DNA of 64,000 nt, taken from positions 11,470,001 to 11,534,000 of the forward strand of contig JBHGNT010000015.1 of assembly GCA_043228905.1 (NCBI GenBank). The letters run 5' to 3'. Under the pieces are notes generated by a model, which saw only the letters and a program-made list of their open reading frames with translations, was not told the origin of the DNA and made no database searches. Below are positions 40,501-52,372 of this stretch, piece after piece; the first letter of the stretch is position 1; each line of letters starts with the position of its first letter. The position numbers were made by a program, and so were the translations under genes. Source of the DNA: Azolla caroliniana (taxonomy: Eukaryota > Plantae > Polypodiophyta).

Positions 40501-41490
40501 ACATCAACTCGGAGGATGATATTCGGCCAAGCCCTTCACCAAAGGATCGTCCAAGCTCTACCGAGCTAAATGGACCACACGAGCCTTCAAGCCTTCCAAG
40601 CATGTCACGGCCAAGTCCGAACTTGGACAAAGGCAAAGGTAAGATGCCCAAATACAAAGTCGATCACCCCGACGACAGTGATTCGGATGTGTCGGCTCCC
40701 TCACTAGACAGTGAGTTTGGTGTACCCATCATGCAGACACCTGGAGTAAAGAAGGTGCTCACATTGGCAAGCGAAAAAATTCGACGTTCTTCTATAGAGA
40801 AGAATCTTGTCATTCGGCTTGGCTACAACGAGTACATGGTCCATCATTATGCCTTCGCGATGAAGGTAGCAACCGAACACGAGCCGAAGAGCTCTACAGA
40901 AGTGGCTCGTGACCCACGATGGGTGAAAGCAGTCGACCCAAGCCTTTGTCACAGGCTTGAGGGGGAGGAACGGAAGCCACAAGAATACTGACGCCGAAAG
41001 CTGCACAGAAGTCGACATCGAAAGCCGGACAATGCCGAAAGCAAAACCAGATGTCATAGGCCTCACACTTGAGCTTGAGGGGGCGTGTTGAGAGATCAAG
41101 CTCAACTTAATTTAGTAAGTTAGTCAACCATGTAACTTCGTAGTTACCTAGACAGAATCTAGTTAGAAGTGTTGACTGTAACGCCTTAAATAGGACCTTG
41201 TATTTAAGTGGGATATTCTAGATCCTCCACTCCTAAGTACATTTAATATAGAACTTACACCTTTGTACTTATATTCTCCTCACACATGTGCACCCTTGCA
41301 CACGATATCTATATATACCTCATTGTAGGTATTTTTGTATTTGATGATGATGATGCTAATTTAATATAGAGTTAATCATCCCCATCTTGTGTTGTTCATA
41401 AGTGTATCTTCCTCTCTCTCTTCCTCTCACACACATACACACACATATCACATAATCTTATGTGCTTAACTTAATCACCTAATTCTTAAC
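37592..41490 (+). mobile_element. Two-LTR Ty1/copia deletion derivative (gag-PR-INT; RT/RNase H missing)
   Basis: LTRs 37592-38036 and 41086-41490. PBS TGGTATTAGAGC (Met-i) 38037-38048. PPT GAGGGGGCG 41077-41085. Motifs WFVDSGAS, CEACQLGKQ, FYWAEA. The ORF breaks off at the RT start (WVKA, ~40930). Confidence 0.92.
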
Positions 41491-41910
41491 GGGCATTATG
41501 AGTATAATATCATGACATTTAGGCTTACTAATGCTCAAACCATTTTTCAACACAAGGCAAATGATGTGGGGATCTCTTTATCATCTTATCATCTTTATCA
41601 ATTTGAGATGTTCACTGTTTTCTATGGTTTTCCAATTTCCACTGTTGTTCTATTTAGGGGTATTCAATTATTTTCTTGCCCATCATTTGTCTCACTTGAA
41701 AGGATGTATGTTTTATGTGGATCAATGGTGAAAAATCGACTCTTGAGGGAGGTATAGAAAATTCCTTCACAATAACTCTAGTTTTGGTACACCAAACTCC
41801 ATTAAAACCATATTGAATGAAAATAGATGCATCGACTTTTGCATTGCAAATATTTTATGTCAAGAGGGAGATGATAATCAATTGCATCCTATTTCTTTCC
41901 TATTGCATTC

Positions 41911-42352
41911 TGTTAATAATTAGGTAATTAACTAAGGGTTAATTAGTATCTAATTATGTGAGTAGTTAATCACGTATGTGATTAAGCAACGAAAGAGTAT
42001 GTGATATGTGTGTAAGAGTAAGGAAGTTGAATGAGAGATAGAGATAAAGACAAGTGGGGGATGATTAACACAAGTCTAGCTTAAAGACCTTCTCTATATT
42101 AATAAGCATCAAGTTACAAAAATACCCACAATGAGGTATATATACATCTAATGTGCAAAGGTGCACATGTGTGTGGAGAATATAGGTACAAGGGTGTAAG
42201 TCCTATATTAAGTATGTATCGCACTTAAGTGCAAGGAACAAAATCCTATTTAAGACTTTATGGTCAACACTCTAACTAGATTCAATTTATGTAACTATTA
42301 AGTTACATGTTTGACTAAATGGCTAAACCTAGTTGTGCTTGATATCTCAACA
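41911..42352 (-). mobile_element. Older solo copia LTR of the 37592 family
   Basis: TG...CA termini, diverged similarity to 11617-12065, TSD CATTC on both sides. Confidence 0.88.
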
Positions 42353-43289
42353 CATTCTATCCATTAGAAATCAATTATCCCATCTATGACAAGGAGCTAA
42401 TGGCTATTCTTGAAGGATGCCCTCACAAATTATGTAATTCTCAAACTATCAAAATGTGAAGTACTTTCAATTAGCCAAGGTTCTTAATGGACATCAAGCC
42501 CATTGGTATATGCAAGTTCTATCTCTAGTTAATTTTGTCCTTCAAAATTGACTAAGTCACTTTTATTACAACGTTCATATTCGACACCAAAATATTAGGT
42601 AATTCTTGCTTTGGATAGTCTACGACTTTTTTTTATTCCAAACAAAATATGCTTCATTAGTAAAATTCTGCATACATGACGACTTGATTAGGCTAACAAC
42701 ATTACAATGGCTCTAGCCATGAAGACCTATTCTAAGATTATTTCCACCTTCTCACCCAACATTTTTGCCAAAAACTTGAAGTCACAAAACTATTACCATT
42801 GTTTGCATAGCATGTGAGCAATGCATGCAATGATGCCCTACATGTTATAGGCATGGTTCATTTTCCCCCCACATCAAACTCATATCAACCAACATCCATG
42901 TCCTGTATGCCCTGTCATCATTGCATTCCATGACTTGTAGTCACCACCTTTATTTTAGCTTTGTGAAGCTTGGGTTGCATGTAGATGGATAGGCATTGAG
43001 CCTCTATTCGTAGGTGAAGATGAGAAAAAATGTAATTCAATGAGAAGTTTGTAGGGTTAAGTATCAAACCCATGGCATTTTTAGGCTAGATTAAATTGTT
43101 TTCACCCAATTTAGCATAAGCACATGAATAAACATAAAACTATTTCTATTATACAAGTATGTAATTACAACCTTCTCAATTATTTTTCCTTCCTCTTTTT
43201 CTTTATTTCTGTCTTTCTTTCTCTTATACTACTACATTTATTTTTTTCCAAAAAAAACTCCTTCATTAGTTATAAAATTTTATAGATGA

Positions 43290-45065
43290 GAGGGACACAA
43301 TAGTTCCATCATATGTGGATGCCCACTGACTCAAGAAAGGGAGAGGACGACTATTGTTGGATGAAGGCAAGTCGTTGTCTTTCAACTCCATCGGATTTGC
43401 CATTGATGCCATTGTTTGGCTCTTTAGCATGACTACAACTTCACTTCATATCTCTTGCATTAACATTACTGGATGCGCAATTTGGTTGGAGAAGGCCCAT
43501 CTACATAGTTGTTTCCATAGAATCCAAAGAGTTATTGGGTTGACCAATTCCAACACAACTTGGGATTTGTCATTAATAGGAGTTGAGTGGATATTGTTGA
43601 TGGTGGAGAAAAAAACCTCTTGCGCTTTTATCACCAAAGTCATCCCCTCCTAATGTTTGTACTTGTCAACTAGGGCCTGCCATGATAATCAACATACATT
43701 TCCCCAATTGATCGTGCCTTGCACCTAACATAATTGCAATAGGAGACCAACCCCTCGCCATATTCGATGGGTCTCTGGGCAGTCCCACAGAGCGTGTTGG
43801 ATTGATTCTGTTGCATTTGGGCGTGCTACACAATTAGGAGAGCTAAGGCTCCCACGCTATCACGCTACCACGCTCCAACCGGTAGTGACTTATGTATTAA
43901 TTGCCATTGGAACACGATAATTCGGCTAGCGTGTTGTTGTTTTTAGATTTTCTACCAAACTTTGTGATAATTGTATATGGAACATGATATACGTGTCATA
44001 CCTTTGCAACAACATGCTCTTAGGTGGTTTGAGCGGCTAGATTGTGGTGACCCAATCTAGTCATGAATTGGAAGAACGGGATGACTTTGCTTCCTTGACC
44101 CACATAAAGATCAAGCCATGTCCATTGCAAAGGGTCCTAACTGACCTTATGAAGCCATGTGTTTTCGTGAGTACACATGTGCCATTTCGGGTTGTACTTT
44201 GGCCGGATCGAGATCTACAATCCATATGACCAGTATATGCGAGTACTGGAATTGCCATATTCAATGTTGATGCCTCATTGTCTCGCAATTCACGGCCTTC
44301 AATCCTGTCCGGTATTCTCCCACCTCTTGGGATCAAAGAGCTCTCCTCCTTGTAGCCTATCCACTTCTCCATTGTTGTCCTTTGATTAGCAGCTTCCCTA
44401 AACAATAGAGCGTTTGTAATTTTAGATCTCATAGTCCATCTTCCCCTGATTCCATGGAGTATGTTAACTTGATCTTGTATTAGCAATGCCATAAACCGTC
44501 TCCAACATTCTATATTCTTTCTTGGACCTTCTGCAATGTATCCCCATGACAATCCCTTGCTTGATCCAATGAGTTGACCTGATTCATCTATGATACATGG
44601 GTTCTATAGGATGCGTTGTTGTGATGTTGCGTGTCCAGTGGGAGAAAAAGTGAAAAGTATGATTCCGCGCGCATTACACAAACACTTGAAAAAGTGAAAA
44701 AATAAACCTAGGGCCTAGTGGGATTGAGTGCATATAGAGAGGGGTGGAAGCAAGATTTGAACCTTGTACCTTCAAGGTAGAAGAGAATTGATTTACCACT
44801 AGAACTACTATTACATGCTTTAAATCTTATGTATTTTCTTTTCATATTCAGTAATTCATAGGAAACAAATACATAAAAAACCGTGTGTACAAAACCATGT
44901 TTTAGCCCGTGGTTTTAGCCCCGGTTTTTGCATAGAGAGACCTATAAAAGCCTCTAGTTGGGCTTGTGTAAGGGGATAAGTGATGTAAGGAAGAAACTTT
45001 TAATAAAAGATTTGAGTTATCCTAATGGTGATGTATCTTGTCTCTTAAAACTAAAGTGAAGGTTT

Positions 45066-45106
<41 letters not shown>

Positions 45107-45625
45107 GTAAATACTTTCTCACTTACGCTAGTACAAACTTCGAATACTTCCAGTCTAGGACCCCGACGGCCCCGCTTCTTTTCGCGAACACGCGAGGATT
45201 TCCTCGGCAACGTTGATTGAGCCAGGCAGGTTCAGACATAGGTTGATCACACTTGAGCCTGCCTCTTATGTCACACCACGCCTTCCACATGGATGCACCG
45301 AATTTATCCTCCAATTGGCGTGAGAAACTTGGTTTGAGATCCATGTTTAGAATCCATCCCGTTTGGGGGTCCCAATTGGCCCTTTTTCGTGGCCTAAAGT
45401 AAGCGAAATGTAACCGCATTTTCTAGCAGTCATACCCTAGTTGGAGTCCTCACACCACAACTTTGGGCTTTGGATTGTAAGAGGGGATCAATCAAGCCCA
45501 ACTCTCCTCTCAACTTAGGTGATGTGAGTATAGTCCACGTCACCTTGGCCCGAGCTGCATGATCTTCATTACCAGACCAAATGTAGTTGTGTATTAGTCG
45601 CTGAATTTGATGTATACTTGGAGAT
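43290..45625 (-). mobile_element. Degenerate L1 LINE ORF2 C-terminal fragment
   Basis: AKVTW...GGVGL (~45550), LNQR|IL*NP, zf-RVT remnant (~43900), LWILWKQ (~43520), WNYC (~43300). Collinear with the LINE ORF at 32889. Confidence 0.8.
44617..45209 (+). mobile_element. Solo LTR inserted in the LINE, carrying an antisense tRNA-like module (44741-44812)
   Basis: Termini TGTTGTG...CTCGGCA, flanks GCGT/ACGT. Excision restores the LINE frame. TATAAAA ~44943, AATAAA ~45002, (CT)n. Confidence 0.8.
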
Positions 45626-46354
45626 TTTCGTTGGTATGCTTGGTGTTACAGGCATGACCATTTAATATCCCGTGGTGAGAATTTACCGTAGTATTCTATA
45701 CACGTGGATAAGTGTGAGGGTTAAACGAGAGTGTAAAGAAGGGGAGGATTACTTTAAATCCTCGGGATTGAGACAACCCATTAGGTCAAGTGTGAACTTG
45801 CCTGGGGGCCTTGGGTATCGCTATAAATAAGAGGCCTAGCTACCCTCATTTGATCATCTCTTGACTACATCGAGACTCTGCTCTTGTGGTGGGTCAACTC
45901 TTGTAGCGAGCGCGCCAGCACCAGGTACGACTCGACGCTACGACGGTGGTATGGGACGCCGATCGAGGCTCGAGTCCGTCTCGATCCCTTTGCTCGGGGG
46001 TGTTCGGGTGGATCGACACCCTTCTTTCTCTTTCTCCTTTCTATAGATCTATCATTAGTTTATCCTTATCTTAAGCTTACTTTAGTACCTAGATCTCTAA
46101 TATTTGGTATCAGAGCTATGTACTAATGTTTCTTTGTTTGTCTTTTGTCTTTTGATTGATGGTGATCGATCGATGTGCGGTCGGCCTTGATCCAGACAAC
46201 GATCAACAAAGAACTTCGGTAACTCTTTCCGTAATAAATTTTTTTCTTTCTATTCTCTCTTCTCCCATCTAATCATGTGTTTAGTTTATATGCCATTTTT
46301 TTTCATTAAGTCAATGATGTTGTAGTGGTCTTTAATTGATTATCTAAAACGTTT

Positions 46355-46622
46355 ACATATGTGCACGAGGTCAATACCTCGTTTTTATGACATATAAATC
46401 ATATGTGATGAGTGTCATATGCGTACCAGGTTAATACCTCAATTACGTATTACGTTCACGAACATATGTTACATTTGCGTATGAGTTTAATACCTTGATT
46501 TGTTGTAAAGGATATGCGTTTGGTCTCGTATGCGTAAGAGGTCAATACCTCAATTGTGTATTACGATGATCTCTTATTTGTGGATGTTTCGTGTGCGTAG
46601 AGGTATATACCTCGATTACGTA
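46355..46622 (+). repeat. Five-unit stem-loop array (GAGGT-N4-ACCTC) in the gypsy leader
   Basis: Cores at 46367, 46427, 46483, 46538 and 46600 (periods 60/56/55/62) with divergent linkers. Confidence 0.8.
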
Positions 46623-48716
46623 TCTCGATCACATCATTTGTGGCTATTTAATATAACGATATGTTTAATATAGGCATATGTGGTCACATATATACGTATA
46701 TAAATAAACATATGTGTATATTCGTTATTACGTGATTATATCGAAAGTTGTCCTTGTCGGGAAAAGGATGTTGGTGGCCGTCCTCACATTTTTGTGAGAA
46801 TGGCGTTGTCACCATCCCTTTTTCAACAATTTTTGATTGTTGACAACCCCGTTGATGACCTCGATTTCGTTACGTAAAGAAACGCCTATAGCCATAATGA
46901 TGTTGAGTACGTAGGGCTTGACCCACTTCAAGTGAGGTCGCTCCAATGACACACGTATCCAACATCCCTCCCTCATTACAAGGATACGATGCCCCCATGA
47001 GCTCGTTCTTACGAGCGGCATTCGTAATGACGTGACCATGTGATGGGCCACGTGGGTCTACTACGAAACGAGGGCTCATTTGGCTTGACCATTAGGTTGC
47101 ACTTTGGCGTATGCCATCGTAATTACGAGACTTGAGGTTAGGTAATGTACCAACATAGTTTTGGTAAATGAGGGCGAAATAAGGACCCTTGATATATATG
47201 TTCTTTTAAAAAAAAACATATATGATCAAATGCCTCGCATATCTCTTATACACATCAAACATTAAGCATTCGAGAAGAGCAACTTACTTGGTTGGCTCAA
47301 GTGTTTAATGTATTTGTTCTTGAGGTCTCGAGTTCAAATATGACCTAGACCATACAACATCCTTGATACATATGACTATAACACATGTTTAGACTTAAGG
47401 TCTAAGTGCACCTCGGGGTCCTCGTAATAGGACTTAAAGAGCCGAAACCACATATGTGGGCAAAGAAACAAACATTTTTTTCGTGTATAAACTACTCATG
47501 ACGCGAACATACATGGTTGAGCCTCAGGGAGCCGCCATGAAAAAATCGATATAGAGATCAGGGAAAGACATTAAATTGTCACCCCCATGGTTTTTAAAAC
47601 ACCTTTGTGTTACCATAGTAACCTGATCTTGAACCTCATCTCATACGTCTAGAGGGGTATTGACGTGAGATCATAATATCGATTAATGTTTGCCCATGAT
47701 ATGTTTACATCACAACATGATGTTATGACTATCTCTTTGACCTTATCCTATTTCTTTTCCAGAAATAATCTTTAATGGCTCAAATTAACGACCCGATGTC
47801 ATCCGCTCAAGCGGAAGGAACTCAAGGGAATCCTCTTGGACAAATGTCCATTGAGATGTATTTGGCACAAATAAGCCAATACCTTAGTTTCACCCATGGT
47901 TGTTAGGTACGTTAGGTACGGTACTGATACCATACGTATTTAACGTATTAATACGGGTATAGTACCTCCCAATTTTAAAATACGTTAAATACGTTTTTTA
48001 GTATGTTAAATACCTATAAAATACATAAAATACGTATAGTACGTTAAATACGTTAAATACTTCTAGAATTTGAAATTTATTTACTTTCTTAAAAAATATT
48101 TGTAATATTGTAATATTGTAACCGTGTATATGCAATGTAACGAAGCATTCCATGGCTGTAGTTGCATCTTAAAAGTACTAAAGGGCAAATCGAGCAAATA
48201 TGAGAATCAAAAGGATACAAATCAACAAATCAAATAGATATTTGTTAGGTAAAAAAAACCCAAACTTGTTGGGCATTTACAACAACAGCCAAGGCCACGA
48301 AGCAAAAACTGTATATCCCTCACATGATTGAGGGAATTCACATATGAGTCATGACAAGCTAAAATTCTACAAAAAAAATCGTACTTTTGACAAAAACAAC
48401 ACTTTGACAAGAAGTGCAACATACCTATTGAAGAAAAGACCACATCTTTTGATTTGGAAAAAACCTTCAGAACACATAACATCAAATATTTGAGATACAC
48501 TTACATTGCATTTTGTCAAAGAAATAGAATGCATTGTAGGAACAAAATTTAGAAAAAAACCTTAACAACACATAACATCAGATATTTGACTTCTAAGAAC
48601 ACATAACTTGAACTATGTCCAAGACTCCAATGTATCAAAATGGGCTTAGATCAAAGAAAAGTAACATATGGCTATTGAGCTTAGTAATAATGTATAGAAA
48701 TCAGAAATATTAGTCA

Positions 48717-51437
48717 TTAGATCTCATCCTCATCACAATCACCATCTTCATCATCAGATTCAGTGTTAGTTGATGACATCAACATAGGTTCTTCGTCAGT
48801 AAGATCATCATAATTTGTATGAATTGCTTCTTTTATTCCATTGACATTATCTTGATCATTTGGTGGTAAAGAAGCAAATGTACTTGATCTTGTTATTCTC
48901 CTATCACAAGAAGACCGCTCATCATCTCTTCTTGGCCTCTGCCTCCGTATTCGATCAATAGGGACTCCATCGCTTGATGTTGTCGTATGCGATCTTGTCA
49001 TGCTCCTTGTCCTTCTTCTCATGCTCATTGTTTCTTGAAAATAAGTTTCATAGAATTCTCTATCCATATCATTCTCGTGGCTAATAGATGGAATATCAGG
49101 AGTCTTAGAGACATCTATCTCATTTGGATTCACCTGCAAAAAGTTTATAAAAGCTTAACGAAATTTGAGGAATGTAAATTATAAGAAGTGAATAAAACAA
49201 TACCTGCATTGGAGATGCATTCACAGTCTCAAACTTGCGAACTAGCCTTAAGTTCTCTCGCACATATACCAATCGTTCAAGTTGTGCTACCTTTAGTCTG
49301 TTTCTATTTTTTGTATGTGCGAGAGCATGTGCATTCCAATTCCTTTCTGCTGCCCCAGAAGAGCAATCCTAATAGAAAACAAAATATGAAATAAAAGGTA
49401 GTACACAAAAGTGCAGTATTTTAGAACTTAACTATAAAATTGATCATTTTTTCAAAACTTGACACTTGGGATAATATGCGGACAACTAATGCTTGGAGCT
49501 TTGGAGTTCTTCCACCAAAATTTTCCCACCATGTGACTGGCGTCATCATAGATATCTCTTCACGTGCTAATGCATAGCTAAATGTCCCTGTACCATTTCG
49601 ATATTCATGCAATTCACGAAATAAGATATCACATTCAAGTGTCGAGTACAATTTTTCTGTATAGCTCATCCATGCATCCATTAACTCGGGGTTAATAAAT
49701 GTAGCCTCCTCTCTCCACATCGGATGCAGCAAATGAGCTACAAGGTGGATCAACCTCTTGAACCATTTCCATCGTATGTCAAATAACTTCAAATCTTCGT
49801 ACCTAAAAGGGTATTAGTAATTACAAAATGATCTGATCTTAAAACATGAGAAAACATTTGGAGGTTTAATGCTAAGAAACCATAAAAAATTAAAATAAAT
49901 ATGAAATTTACTTGGATTTGTGGGGGATGTTTTCTTCCACTCCTTTTGCTAAAACATCTTTGCTTCTTCGCATAAACTCATATAACAAACCAATAGTGGA
50001 TCCCTCCCTATCAGTAAGTCGTAAAACACTATACAATGGTGCCATTAGGGTCAAAACAACTTGAAACGAGGACTCAGTTGTAGGATCAAGGATGTAGTTC
50101 TTTACATTCATGGCATTTGGCTTATTGCAATCTGACCAAGACCTCCACATGTCACTCACCACTGTTTGCTCAAGAGGATACCAAACTTTGAGCAAACGTT
50201 GTATGACAAGGTACATCACACCAAACCTTGTCTTAGAAGGTCTCAAGATGGCAAGGTTACTGTGAGCAGAAATTTTTTTCCTAGCATTCCTCTTCTTGCA
50301 AAAAAAACGTACGATATTATTTGCTTTCAACATAATACTTTTCATCCAAGGCAGCTGACCAATGTCCTCCAAAAGTAGATCCAAAGAATGGGTTGCACAT
50401 GGAGTCCAAACAATATTAGGGAACTCTGATTCTAGCAAAGACCCCATGCGGACACAACTAGATGCATTGTCTGAAATGACTTGGACCACATTTTCCTTAC
50501 CAACTTCTCTAATTGCCTCTGAAATTCTTTCAGCTAACCAAGAGCTATCAACTGTTGGTGTTGTATTAGCATGACTACAATCAATGGACTTGAGGAACAT
50601 TGTCCCATAACCAGATGATACGAGGACATTTACAAGTTGCCTATGAGAAACATCAACCCATCCATCTGTTAATATAGAACAACCATACTTGGGCCATAAT
50701 CCTTTTACCCTTTCTAACTTTGCTTGCAAGGATATAACCTCATTTTTCAAGCCTTTCGTCCTCATGTAATTATATGTGACTCCATTATGTTTCTCTCCAA
50801 TTGTAGAGAAAGCTTCTAACATGTTCCGCCAACATGGTGTTTTTAATAGATTAAATGACAAATTTGCTTCAATGATACATCTCACTTCCATAACGTTTGC
50901 ATGTTGTTTCCTTTGCATTTGTAACACATGTCCTTTACGCAACGGTTGTTGTTTCACTATAATTGCTGGTGGATATGGTTGGCGACTACCACCACCCATA
51001 CATGACATGCTTTGACTTTCATCAACAAAGGTAGACGAGCATGAGGTAGAAACACCTAAAAGAAAAAAAAATTCAAGATAAATAATTTACAATTATTTAA
51101 ACATTAGTAATCAAGACACCTATTGTAGGCTTGTGTCTATACCTTGTTCAGGCATGTTGAATGAGTCGATCTCTGCTACTATATCTTCTTCTTCGCCAAT
51201 TGCTTGGCTTCCACAATTACCATACAAAGTTGTAAGGTCAATCAACATTTCCTTGGGGACATTGGTACATTTCGTTACTCCATGGCTAGGTTTTCCAATT
51301 AAATGAGCAATCATTCGTGTTGCTGACCCATGCATATGTTTGTTGCAAAATTTACACTTCCAACTCCTATTTCCTGTTTGACTTCTTACGACATTGAGGC
51401 AACATGTATCCCAATATTTGTTCTTAATGGGCGGCAT
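48717..51437 (-). CDS. hAT transposase (BED finger, DUF659/RNase H-like, dimerisation domain), 5 exons, ~785 aa, reading frame intact
   Basis: Exons 51437-51143, 51055-49912, 49802-49466, 49368-49204, 49133-48717 (2358 nt in frame, GT-AG). Motifs WKCKFC..H..C, SILTDGW, VISDNA, CATHSLDL, WW, SSGAAERNW. Confidence 0.9.
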
Positions 51438-52199
51438 TTTCCTTCTTTACGACATTGAGGAGCAAGATTATATGAATGCATTAAAGCAAATCGAAGAACT
51501 GAAAACTTTGAATAGATCAACCTTCAGGGAGGATGAGGATTATACTACTTTAAATAAGCAACTACAGGATACTCAAGAGTATCTTTTATTCATAGAAAGC
51601 AAATACAAGAAAATGTTACAATTAAGGACATGTATAAAAACAGAAAATTCAACTCTTTTGGAAGCTAAAAAGGAAGCAAAAATTACCATAACTTAACTAA
51701 AGAGCCTTAATGCTTAACGTAATAACGACATGCATAAAAGCAAAAAATTCAACAAGTTTGGAAGCCAAAAGGGAAGTAGAATTTGGTCAAGAAATCCATC
51801 TTGAAGATGTACAGAAAGGGTTCGATGAAGATCTATTTATTCATAGTGCTTTGCTAGATATGTATGTCAAATGTGGATCTATAGTGGAAGTGCAAAATGT
51901 TTTCAACCGAATGTCCAACCGAGATGTGGTATTATGGACAACATTGATTGCATGATATGTTGAGCATGGACCCGTTGAGGATGCACTGAAAAGCTTTGAA
52001 AAGATACAAGATGAGGGGATACTTATTACTACCAAACACTTTCACCTTTTCTTGTGTCTTAAAGGAATGCTCTCATTGGAGGGTTTGTTGAGTATAGAAC
52101 TACTGAGAAAGCATTAGATTCTTTCGATAAAATGCAAGTTGATGGAATCTTTCCGGATGCATATACATTGCCCATGTCCTAAAAGTGTGCGGTTTATTA

Positions 52200-52285
52200 T
52201 GTTGGAGATGAGGTCGTCTATGCGGAAGATCAAGAAGCATTCGATTGGTGTTTGAATACCTGCGTATGACAGTTTCTTGGTCGTT

Positions 52286-52372
<87 letters not shown>

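Larger units (their letters stand above)
36960..42600 (+). mobile_element. Highly decayed chromovirus-type gypsy RT/RNase H remnant hosting two younger insertions
   Basis: GAKYFTKVD at ~37490 resumes as GHYEYNIMTFRLTNA at 41491. INYPIYDKELMAI at ~42370. Confidence 0.7.

Noticed and set aside
46355-46622. CRISPR array
   Set aside because: Eukaryotic retroelement context, no cas genes, degenerate repeats, and linkers partly related to one another. Kept as a hairpin array instead.
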